DNA from: Azolla caroliniana
Lineage: Eukaryota; Plantae; Polypodiophyta
Length of the DNA stretch: 64,000 nt
Direction: 5' to 3'
Assembly: GCA_043228905.1 (NCBI GenBank)
Contig: JBHGNT010000005.1
Span: 15,190,001-15,254,000 of the forward strand
In this document: in pieces, positions 52,705-64,000 of the stretch
How the letters are laid out: every line of letters starts with the position of its first letter
Position numbering within the stretch: position 1 is the stretch's first letter
The notes under the pieces: model-generated
Told to the model about the DNA's origin: nothing
The model's input: the letters and a program-made list of their open reading frames with translations, nothing else
The model's database searches: none
Position numbers and translations under genes: made by a program

Positions 52705-55700
52705 GGATCCGGATCGGCATATTGATTCCGGTTCGTCTATCCACATTAACAAAATAATTACAACAATTCCTGAATAAACTATTCCTTTCACACTCTAGTC
52801 TGGACATCCTTAAGCCTTCTTGCCGGCCGGGTAACACATGGTAGGCTCGTGGGACAGTACCTTGTATGTCGAACCCATTATCCGGCCCTGCTACTCTTCG
52901 TCCAAAATGTCCAGAATGCTTTGCTCCAAAATTTCCAATGGCTCGTCGGGAATCTGTTGTTGTTGTTGTGGCTGTTGTTCCGTTTGTGGCTACTGCAGTG
53001 GCTGCTCTGTTTGTGCCTTCTCCGTTTGTCGCTCTAGCACCGGCGTTTCCTTCGTTGTTTCCTCTGTCGGAGTTGTCTCTAGCTGACTAACCCCGGCCTG
53101 GTCCCCGTCTAGTCCTTGTACCAGCAACGGTTCCTCATCACTAAGGTTGACCGTTGCTGCCTTCCTTGCTTTTTCTTCCCGAAGCCGGGACCGCTCATAG
53201 CTCTCAAACTGGATTTGAGCCTCCAGCCGATCGTCGTCCAATTGAGCTATGAGTTGCCGGACCTGCACCAATTGTTCATCCAGCTCATCGCTTATGGCGG
53301 TGAAGTCCTCCGATGTCAGCGTATAACAGTCGTCACCTTCCTTCCGCCAGTTTTCCATGTCCGCCCTAAGCAATTGGAGTTCCGCCGTATTCTGCGCCCA
53401 TTTCGTCCACCATTGCACAGAGCTCTCGTCAATCAAGAGTTTGGTCTTGGTGAGCCATGCCTGGAGGATGCACTAGATCCGTTCGGTTCCATTCGTGATT
53501 TATTCTCCGCGGCTTGTCGCTCCTCTTTCAATTGCTTGATGATTCTGACCGTGTCCTCCTCCTGCTCCCTATAATGCGACAATTGACTTTGATAGGTTGT
53601 TTGCAACCTCTGTAACACCATTGTCACCCTTTCCTTTTCTTCATGGTTCTGCTTGTGGAGCACCATCCGGTCCCTCGCCGCTTCCTCCAATAGCTTTGTA
53701 TTTTCAGCTCGTTCGTCGGCGAGTGCCGTTGTGACCCTATCAATTTCCTGCCGGAACTCGGCCATCCTTTCTTGCTGTTGCTTATACTCTATGTCTAAGC
53801 TCTTAAAGTTCCGGTGCAGGTGGTCGAAGTGCTCTGTCTTCTGCTTTAGCCTCTGGTTGATTTGCCGGCGAGCGCGGTCTTCCCGGTCCTTTTGTTGACG
53901 GAGTTCTTCTTTCAGCCTCTCATTGGTCGCTTATCAGCTCTATGGGGCATCCGTACAGGCACCAAATGTATTCGTAAAAGAATTTTGCCGTCGACGCCGC
54001 GGTGTTGTCTCGTAGGGCTTTGGCTTCCACCCATTTAGTGTAGTAGTCCGTCGCGACGATCACATACCAGTTGCCAGTTCTCATTGCCGGTGGTTTAAAT
54101 GGTCCGACAAAATCCAGTCCCCATTTCTGAAATGGTTCTAGCGGTAGAACTGGCTAGTGCGGCATCCTAGTTTGTTCCGTTGGCTGGCCCATTCGCTGGC
54201 ATAGATCACACTCTTTCATGTACCGGACTGCGTCTTTCAATGTAGTCGGCCACCATAGGCCACTTTGCCATATCTTCCTTGCCGTAGTATCCCCAGCATA
54301 ATGGCCTCCGGCGACTCCGCAGTGTACTTCCCTTAGTATTACCTCTTTCTCGTCGTTGCGCACCGCTCGTCGCCATATACCATCCACACCTTTGTGGTAT
54401 AGCGTGTCCCGTAATAAACAGAAGTGCCGGCTTTGTACCACCATGCGTTTCCTCTCGTCCCGGTTCATCTTCTCCGGAGGCAATCCGGTGCTCAGAAATT
54501 GGTGCATATTTGTTAGTCACTTATCTTCTGGTGTCACCGTTTCATCTGTTGCCGTTTCCGTGGTGACTCGAAATAGCTCAACATCCGGAAACTCGTCCGG
54601 TACTCTGTCGCCGGTTTCGCCGGAATCTGACCGGCTTAAATAATCTGCTACCGCATGTTGTATGCCGGGTCGGTGGAATATCTCGAATTCGAATTCCTGT
54701 AATAGCAAAGTCCACCGGGCCAACTTACCGGTAAGTAACGCTTTGGACACTAGGTAGAGGAGTGCAGAATGATCTACATGGAAGGAAAACTTTCTTCCTA
54801 ATAAATAATGCCTGAATTTTGTTACGTTGTAGATCATGCCTAAAGCTTCCCTTTCCGTGGTGTTATAATTTCATTCGGCTTGGGATAACTTCCGGCTTGC
54901 GTAATATACGGGCCGGTACCATCTTGGCTCCATAAGTTGCATCAGTGCACTCCCGATTGCAATGTCGGACGCATCCACGAACACATGAAATTCCTTCGCC
55001 CAATCCGGAGGTTGCACTACCGGCGCTCGCTACAATAGAACTTTGAGTGCCCGGTACACCTTGTCTTCAGTGTCGGTCCACTGGAACGGTGTTCGGTGTA
55101 CCGTAGCATGCAGTGGTGTAGCTAGGTCCGCCAAATACCGGAGCATTCGGCTATGCCAACAGATTTGGCCTAAGAAACGGCTCAATGCCTTTGCCATTGT
55201 TGGTGTCGGTGCCTCCAGGATTGCTTTTACTTTGTCCGGATCCACGGCGATGCCTTCCTTGATCACAATGTGCCCCAGTAGCGTTCCGCTGGACACGCCG
55301 AATACACACTTCGCCGGATTCAGGCTTAGCCGGTAGGCCCTACACTTTTCTAGACACAATCGGAGGTGCTGTTGAGGAACACCTGCATGAATGCTGATAT
55401 GAATTCTCCGAATATTTCCATGATGATCCTCTAGAACATTGTCGGCGCCATTTTTAGTCCGAACATCATCACTACGGCAACAAACACTCCCCATTCAGTG
55501 ACAAAAGCCGTTTTCTCCTAGTCATCGGGGTGCATCCGGATCTGGTTGTATCCGCGGAATCCATCTAAAAAACTATATACCTCATGGCCGGCGACTACGT
55601 CCAAAACTCCATCCGTAAATGGAAGTGGAAATGCATCAGTTACCGTCGCCGCATTAAGCTTCCGGTAGTCGACACATACTCTAATTTTGCCATTTTTCTT

Positions 55701-56254
55701 TGGTACGACTACTATTGGGCTCAACCATGTAGATTTCTTTACGGGACGGATAAAGCCAACCCTCAGCAACTTGTCGATTTCCTCCTTGACTTTGGCGGCG
55801 TATTTTGGATTCATCTGGTACCATCGTTGTGCTACCGGTTTGGTGTCTTTGCTCAAATGTATCTGATGCTGATATAGCTGAGAATCGAACCCTCTCATAT
55901 CCTCGTAGGACCAGGCAAACATGTCCCGAAACTCTTTGAGAAGTGTAATCATCGCCGTTCTGTTCTCCGTAGTCATTTCCTTGGCTATCTGCACCGGTCT
56001 CGCCTCTTCCGTAGTTCCTAGATTTACCTCCTCTAGTTGGGATGCTTTAACCCGTTGTGATACGACCATTTCTCTTTCCAGCGCTTCTTGTGCTTGCCGT
56101 AGCTCCCGGATCACTTTTTTATTTGGTTCTTCGTCCGCTCCGTCCGGTGGGACTATGTATGGTGATACGGCTTCAGCTACGTCGATTTCGAACAGAGGTG
56201 CTATCTTCGGATTATCTTGCAAGTATTGATCCACCTCTTTGTCTACTAATCCGT

Positions 56255-56625
56255 CCAGCATATTGACACATTCAGCATATAGGGGTGTCAATTCCTTCCC
56301 GGTACTCATCCGTGGTTGTGTCGGTACCCGTACTTTTGCTTTTCCCCGCCGGAAGGTGATTATATTCTTCCTCCAGTTTTGTTTAATGTGCGCCGTTTTT
56401 AGCCACGACCACCCCAACAATATGCTGGCACTCCTTGTGCCAGCATATTGACACATTCAGCATATAGGGGTGTCAATTCCTTCCCGGTACTCATCCGTGG
56501 TTGTGTCGGTACCCGTACTTTTGCTTTTCCCCGCCGGAAGGTGATTATATTCTTCCTCCAGTTTTGTTTAATGTGCGCCGTTTTTAGCCACGACCACCCC
56601 AACAATAGCGGGTAAGCTCCTTGTG
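56255..56625. repeat. ~185-bp tandem duplication in the PR-RT linker of element C
   Basis: CCAGCATATTGACACATTC occurs at 56255 and 56440. Confidence 0.9.
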
Positions 56626-59114
56626 CCTGTAATTATAGCACTACTGCTGAGATGTGAAATGTGTGGCCACCGATTGTTACTTCCAAATCTCGTATCAAGC
56701 CGGTCGGTCGCACTGAGCTTGTATCCGCCATCCGTAGCCAGAACGGGCATGGTTCCCACTCTTGGATTCCCAAAGTTGTGCATGTTCGGAGGCTAATCAC
56801 ATTGACGCCAGATCCTCCATCTATTACTGTTCCGGGTAACTCCTTTCCCTTCACGATGGCTGTGATCGCTGAACTGTTTGTGTCGACCACCGTCGGTCCC
56901 TCCTCCGGATTTGAGAAGAATGTTGGTGCCGATGGTGTTTCTCCTGCCGTCATGCCTATCTTGAGTCCTTCTGTGAATCTGGGCACTAGTTACAAGAGCC
57001 GTCCTGATGGCAACGTGATTTGGCACTCCTGCAATGCCTGTCATGTCGCTTTTTCGGTCTGACTGCCGTCGGCGAGCTCTTCGGTGTTCTCCTTTTGTTG
57101 CGCAAGTTCTGCTACGTTTCGCTCATTTGCCTTTTTCACCCATTCCGTTGCCTGCTTTCGGATGGCCTCTTGTGTCTCCCATTCCGTCGCCTTGCCCTTC
57201 GACCTTGTGGTAACCTGCTGCAGGTCTGTGACTTCGGCAACTACCATGTTTACTGCCGGTCACTTGTCATAACTCTTTGCCGGACATTGATTACTATAAT
57301 CTCCTTCTTGCCGGCAATAATAGCAATATGCTTTCCGAGTATTGCTGGATTCGGCATTGTTTCTTGTACCCCGTGGAGGACCTGTGGTAACCACGGGGCT
57401 TTGGTCCGGTTAGCTGCCTGAGGCACCTTTTTCCGGTTCACGTGGGTGGCTCCCTTTTTTGAAATGCCGTTTTTTATTAAAGTTCTTTTTGTTGCGGTAC
57501 CCTTGACGGGGTTGGTCGTCATATCTCCCGTAATCTTCCCGTCGTTGGTGATACCCGGGGGAGTGATCCTGGTTGTAATGCTTGTACCGTCCATTGTAAT
57601 CTCAGTACCTGTCATATCTCTCGTACCAGTCATAGTTGTCTCGCCAATCGCCGTACCGGACATACTGTGCCGGTCGATATCTCTCCTCTCGCCACTAGCG
57701 TTCGTCTTCTTCGTCTCGGTTGCTACGTGGCTCGATTTTCCGGACTGGTGGTGCTTGCTGATTTAATAAGTTATATTCGCACCGGTCCATCGTATAGCTC
57801 ATAGATTGGCAAAGTAAGCAGTGCATTCGCATGGTGCACTCCAGTGCTGAGTGTCCGGAATTCAAGCAGGTCGTGCATTGGATTGCTTGCCGGAACCGGA
57901 GATCCTCATCGGTTGGTAACGCTCGTTGGAGGGCTCCCATTGTTAGCCAAGAGCTCGTTTTCACCATTTCTCTAACCCGGTCGATGACCTGGTCAACGGT
58001 GCCTGTGCGAAAGTCGATGACCGTGCATACCGTTCGTAGAGGTTCCCGGAGCGCGGCTAAGAATATAGCCCATGTTTCTTCCTCCGGAGGTGTTCGGGTA
58101 AGCTGACTGTGCATCCGTTGAAACCAGATGACAAACTGCGGAATGCTCTCCCCAGGGTCTTGCCGGATGGTATAAAATAGGCCCACCATTTCTCGTTGGT
58201 CCACCTCCTTCTGAAAGAAGTGCAAGAATTTATCTTTCAGGTCCGCAAAGGTGGTGATGGTGCTGGGGTCCTGCGTCCGGTGCCATCTGGCGGCCGGTCC
58301 TTCCAATGTCACGCCGAATTCAGCTATCTTAGATCGTTCCTCTTCGGCCGCGGTTAACCGTTGTGACACATGGTTCGCCTCCCATGTTTGTTGAAACACG
58401 TGAACATGAGCCTCCGTGTCCGGGTCATCCTTATACTTGGAGTACTGGAATGGCATGTCGTCGTCCGGTGTCGGTACGCGGGTTGGCGGTGTCGGTGGTC
58501 TTTCCTGTTGTTCCGTCGGCGTCGGAGGTCTTTGTCGGTCTTCCTTTGCTGTTGTCGTCTCGACTTCCGGTGTCGGAGGTCTTTCTTTGTCTTCTTCCGC
58601 CTCCGAAGGTTGCTCCACGTCTAGTGGCGGAGGTTCTTGGTCTGACAATTCTAGTTCCGGTGTCGGTAATGTATCCGACTCCTCGTCCTCCGGTCCTCCT
58701 GGGGTGTCGTTACTGCTGTGATAGTTCGTGTGCGTGTTGTAGCCCCCTTCCGAATCCGATTCCAACACCAAAAATGCTTCAGATTCGCCGTCTCTTCCGG
58801 CCAAGGCCTCGAGAAGGGATTCCGCTTCCCGGAGGCTGCTTAAGTTGCTTCCTTCGTCCAGGTAAGCATTTTGTTGCAAATAGAGCGACTCCTCCGCCAC
58901 TTTCCGGATCACTTTGGAAAATGATCGATCCGATCGGATTTCTTCCGCCGCTTGCTGGAAAGCCTCTAGCCGCCTTCGCCGTTCAGAAAGTCTTCGTGCT
59001 CTCTCCGTAACCGGGTCGTCTGTTGGCCTAGTCATCCATTCCCGCCGTTGTTCACTGCGATTGTGTAGGAATCGTGGTCGCCAAAAACTGTGTTAATCCT
59101 TAGGGCCAAACAAC

Positions 59115-59540
59115 TGTCATGATATGGCAAGACTCGAACCCATGACCTTATGCTACATGGGTCGAGCTCTTACCATTAGACTATGAATTGTATTTTGTAG
59201 GATATTATTTTCATTTATGCTTTATCATCGAAAATTGATGTATATTCCATATCTCTCTGGAACATTCTAGAAGTTTCAGGATTATTCCTAAAAACACTAT
59301 AAAAGGAGGCACAAGGCATTGTTTTGAACCAAATTGGTTCAACACCAGTTTTAAGCCTCTTAGCCGATTTGTACTTATCTTTCATATAATATAAGAGCTG
59401 TTGTCATCATCCTATTTCTCTCTCTCTCCTCTTCTCACTTCCTCTCTCTCGGGAATCTTACGCAGTCTCGTCCTCTTAGTACTAATAGTACTACTCTTCT
59501 TAGTACTAATTCCATCTCTGCTTTAGTACTATTCCTGACA
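59115..59540 (+). mobile_element. Solo LTR of family E inside the 5' LTR of element C
   Basis: TGTCATGATATGG...TTCCTGACA, homologous to 46465-46893; perfect TSD ACAAC. Confidence 0.93.
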
Positions 59541-59970
59541 ACAACAGCCTAACACAAGGTGTCCACTTAAGACACTTCACCAAAGGGTGTAACGGCAAGA
59601 TGACTTACGACACAACGCTTAATTAGACCTTAATTGGTTACTTAGCAATACGTCATTACACGCGTAAGATATAATAATGAGTACAGAACGGTAATCAATA
59701 CTAAAAGGTTAAGGCCATAAGTTCTATTAATTATCCGCTGTCAATTACATTGTAACCGGGCCTTTATATAGGTCTCCGGTGCAAAGTACAAAACGGTGCC
59801 AACCGGCACCTATTCGGAATCGGTCCGGATCCGGATCGGCATACCGATTCCGGTCCGTCCGTCCATATTAATAAAATAATTACAATAATTCCCGAATAAA
59901 CTATTCCTTTCACACTCTGGTCTGGACATCCTTAAGCCTTCTTGCCGGCCGGGTAACAAAAAGAAGGAAA

Positions 59971-59983
59971 GAAGAGAGAGAGA

Positions 59984-60028
<45 letters not shown>
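59971..60028. repeat. (GA)n microsatellite in the element D leader
   Basis: Directly visible GA run with one GT interruption. Confidence 0.9.
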
Positions 60029-60030
<2 letters not shown>

Positions 60031-60511
60031 AGCGAGAAAGAGAGAGAAAAAGAGAGAAGATATTTTGGTTCAAACTGTCAAGGCCTTAGCTTGACAAAAG
60101 AAGATTGAACAAGAGAGGAAAAGAAAGAGAGAATAATGACTATATTTTATTATAATAGGAAAGTATACAAGAGCAAGAACTAGAATATTTGCCAAAGACT
60201 GGTGTTGAACCAGAATGATTCTAACAATACAATATGTCTTATTTATATAGGAGTAGTATGTGCCCGTTGGATGTTTGTAGGGTCATGATACCCTTTGGGA
60301 TGTTGTAGGGTCATGATACCCTTTGGGATATTGAAGGGTCATGGCACCCTTTGGGATATTGAAGAGTCACGACACCCTTTGGATATTTATAGGGTTACAT
60401 TATCAGTATTATAATATCTTTATGTAGAATATATATAACCTAATGGCTAGAGTTGAGTGTTTCTCCTTAGGAAGTCACCCTAAACCTTATGGGTTTCATC
60501 TACTCATGACA

Positions 60512-63500
60512 GTTGGCTCCTCCCACGGGAGGGACATATTCCCAACAAACTCCCCCTTCACTCCTGTGGGAGGGATTCAGTTAGTCCTATCTTTTGTCGA
60601 CAGACTCTAAGTCTGTCCATAGGTAGGTTCTTCGTCAGCATGTTGGATCCATTATCCTCAGTATGGATCTTCACCAGAGTAATATCTCCTTCTTTGACTT
60701 TCCCTCACAACCAGTGATACCGTCTCTATATATGCTTGGTCCGGGAATCGTATGCATTCTTGGCTAGATGTATGGTAGTCTGGCTATGACAGTGAAGCAA
60801 GAACTCACTTTGCTTCATCCCTAACTCGCGACGAAAATTTCTCATCTAAATCAACTCTGTGACGGCCTCTACCGCCACCATGTATTCTGCCCATGTGGTC
60901 GACAAGGCCACAGATTTCTGTAGTCGTGACTGCCATGACACTGCTCCCCCTGCATAGGTCATCACGTACCCTGACGTGGATCGGCTTGATTCTACATCCC
61001 CTGACATATCCGCATCAATAAACCCTTTGAGCATGGGTTTTCCGGCACCATACCTTAGGCACACCCCCAAGGTTCCTTTTAAGTACCTTAGTATCCATTT
61101 CACTACTGCCCAGTGTTCTCTTCCTAGATTACTCATATATCGGCTTACTGCCTCTACAATAAAGGTTATGTCTAGTCTCGTGCAGACCATAGCATACATA
61201 AGACTGCTGACGACCGAGGCTATGGTACCTTCCTCATCTTGGCCTTTCCCTTCTCCCCTCTTGGGCACTACTTAGCATTAAACTTGCAGTTTGTCGACAA
61301 TATTGAGCCGACTGGCTTTGTGTCCAACATGTTGAACCTCTCTAAGATCTTCGTCACATACTTGTGTTGTGACAACCTTAGCAGCTTCTGAGTTCTGTCT
61401 CGAACTATGTGCCTCCCCAAGATCTGTTCAGTTGGTCCAAGATCTTTCATGGCAAACAATTTTCCTAGACCTTTCTTCAAGCTTCCGATCTTCCTTGTAT
61501 ATTGACCGACTATCAACTTGTCATCAACATATAATAAGAGAATCAAGAAGTCACCATCATCATACCTTTTGACGAACACATAGTGATCGGCCTATGTTTT
61601 CTGGAACCCATGTTCTACCATGAAGGATTTAAACTTCTTGTACTATTGGCGTGGAGCTTGCTTCAAACCATACAAGCTTTTCTTCAGCCGACATACTAGG
61701 TTCTCTTTCCCTTTCTCCTCCAAACCTTCGGGTTGTTGCATGTAGATTTCTTCATCCAACTCATTGTGCAAGAATGTTGTTTTGACATCCAATTGTTCGA
61801 TCTCCAAGTCCATGCTGGTAGCTATGCTCAAAACAATTTGGATTGATGTCATCTTCACGACTAGAGCAAATATTTCATTGGAGTCAACACCCTTTTTCTA
61901 TTGAAAACCCTTCACCACTATGGGGGCTTTATACCTGGGCTCACTATCGGCTTCTCCAATCTTCACCTTGTAGACCCACTTATTCCTGAGTGCTCTCTAA
62001 ACTTTCGGCAGCTCTACTAGGTCGTAGGTGTAATTCTCATGCAAGGAGTCCATCTCATCTTGCATCGCGTTCAGCCATTTCTCCTTGTTCTTGTCGATTA
62101 TAGCTTCATCATAGCACTCTGGTTCACCTTCATCAGTCGTGAGGATGTATTGACTGGCATATGTTGTCGGTGCTTTTATTTCTCTGAGTGGGTATCTCCT
62201 TCCACTCATTGTCGGCTCTCGTTCGGGTGTCTCTCCTGACTCTCCTCATTGCTCGTGTTCATATATGTCGATCAACATCTCCTGGATGGACGACTCCAAC
62301 TCATATTCCTCGATCGACCTTAGCAGTTTTGCCGACTCAAACTCATAATCAATCGGTCTCTCTAAGTAGATCGACTCGGATTTGGTTGTCTCCGATCAAC
62401 CGACAAAGTTAGTTCACTTGACCTCAGGTCGATAGTAGTGGAGGTTGACTGGTTAGTCGATTCCGACTTCTATCGCTTCCAGTCCTCTATTGTCTTGTCT
62501 TCCAAGAAGACCACATCTCGACAACCCAATAGGATTTCAACAGTTTAGCATGAGAGAGCATGCTCCTCACTCTCTCCATGATTGTTCGATTCATCCTCTC
62601 TACAAGCCCGTTCAACTCAGGGGTCTTTGGCACTTTGTATTCGACTCGAATACCTTGGGCCTTGTATTCCTCAAACTGCCCTCTATATTCACCACCGTTG
62701 TCGGTTCGAACCGCCTTCAACTTCCGACCCGACTCTCGTTCGGCTCTTGCCTAGAACTCCTTGAAGAATGAAAGTACTCGATCCTTCAACTTTAGTACAA
62801 AGGCCCATGTCTTCCGACTATCGTCATCTCTTCTTTTTGGTGGTCTTGCATGGAATGTTGCTCTGTTTTACTTACCAACTAAGTAGTTGACACACTTCTC
62901 CAAGTGCACTCCCTTGACTTCTAGTAGGAGTTTCTGGTTGGCTAACAGATGCAGTCCCTTCTCGCTCATGTGGCCTGGCCTCTTTTGCCATATCTCTCCT
63001 ACTGAATCAGTTGCCACGTTCACATCCAACTTGCACAGTCAGACATGCATCATATATAATGTGCCTTCTTTCTGTGCTCCGGTCACTATAAGATTTCCTC
63101 GGTAGAACTTCCACTTGCCATTCTGAAAGCTACCACTATAGCCTTCATCATCCATCCTTCCTGTCGATATCAAATTCAATCTTATCTTAAGGACGTGTCG
63201 AACATCCTTCAGAGTTAGCTGACACCCTGTCGACGTCGTCAAGTGGACACTTCCGACTCCGGCTATTTTCCAATCTCCATTGTCACCCATCTTTACATTG
63301 CCATGATCCCCGGCTATGTAAGTCGAGAAATTCTCTCTCGACGGAGTTATGTGGAAAGATGCCCCGGAGTCGATCACCCAAGTGCATTCTTATCTTGCAA
63401 GGTTTGCACTTCTCTGTTCACAAATAAACAACAATTCTTCATTGCTTGTAGCAATGGCTGAAGTCTTCTTCTCATCAAGAATCTTCCTGGGTTTGACATT

Positions 63501-64000
63501 GTTTTCGACACCCTTGTCTTTACTCATCTGTCGACAGTCCTTTTGGAAATGTCCAGGTTTTCCACAATAAAAGCACACAAGCTTACTTCTGACTTCGATT
63601 TGGATTGGGACCTTTCCCTTCGTTGTGGGCTTCTTCATTGGTTCCTTCCTTTGCCAATATGTTGGGTCACGTTCGACTCCGAATGGGAAAAGACTCCCTT
63701 GTCCTTCCTCCTTGCTTCCTCATTCAAGATGCTTATCTTCACCGCTTGTAAAGACAAGTTCTAACCACCAGGTTCTCCTAGCTATCCGGCAATGTGTACA
63801 TCAGTAGAATGGCTTGCATCGCATCATCAATTGGAAACTTGGTTGCAACCAGTTGAATCACATAGCCCATGAAAGTATTGATATGTTCGATGAGGCTCTC
63901 ACCATCTCTATATTTCAGCCACACGATCTTTTCTCATTAGTAAGATTTTATTAGGGGCATTCTTCCTCTCATACAGAACCGACAACTTCTACCACATCTC
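60512..64000 (-). mobile_element. Copia element G (gag through RH, internally deleted; runs off the window); its 3' LTR starts at 60547 and is interrupted after 36 bp by element D
   Basis: CFYCGKPGH, WVIDSGASFH, VRTDNGGEY, QLDVKTTFLH, LLYVDD, SRSTSGY; PPT GAAGGGGGAG before TGTTGGG. Confidence 0.9.

Larger units (their letters stand above)
52400..59958 (-). mobile_element. Athila-like gypsy element C (relative of A) with an internal deletion fusing integrase to the extra ORF
   Basis: LTRs 52400-52836 and 59091-59958 (the latter interrupted); perfect TSD AAAAG; PBS TGGCGACCACGATTCCT; gag from 59035, VIDGGSGVN, RT, RH, INT; extra ORF remnant 52891-53930. Confidence 0.93.
49107..60511 (-). mobile_element. 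Chromovirus element D (5' LTR 60076-60511, CT-rich leader, gag-PR-RT 52362 down to 49107), split by element C and 3'-truncated
   Basis: gag homologous to element E (EPKICLP, VELVGTLLTG, SPMEID), [21 protein letters not shown]. The leader is continuous across the AAAAG TSD of element C. Confidence 0.85.

Overview
Plant nuclear DNA, probably from a fern or other non-seed vascular plant (inferred from the PPR style and retrotransposon lineages). Bases 1-5 kb hold one intact 4-exon POLTERGEIST/PLL-type PP2C phosphatase gene (+), followed by a PLS-class PPR pseudogene (-). From about 6.8 kb to the end is a deeply nested cluster of decayed LTR retrotransposons. These are three Athila-like non-chromovirus gypsy elements with a large extra ORF, four copies of a Phygy/fungal-like gypsy family, two Tcn1-like chromoviruses plus two solo LTRs, and about five copia elements or fragments. 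Junctions and TSDs were mapped by eye. The most notable signals are non-coding. (1) Both chromovirus LTR families carry an antisense tRNA-like Pol III A-box/B-box cassette with 33-nt spacing in U3, and both appear to self-prime like Tf1. (2) The Athila-like elements have no polypurine tract; in its place is a conserved, co-varying hairpin resembling a tRNA 3' half ending in CCA. (3) These elements also carry a ~975-codon coiled-coil ORF with its own TATA box. All comparisons were made by eye and no database searches were run.
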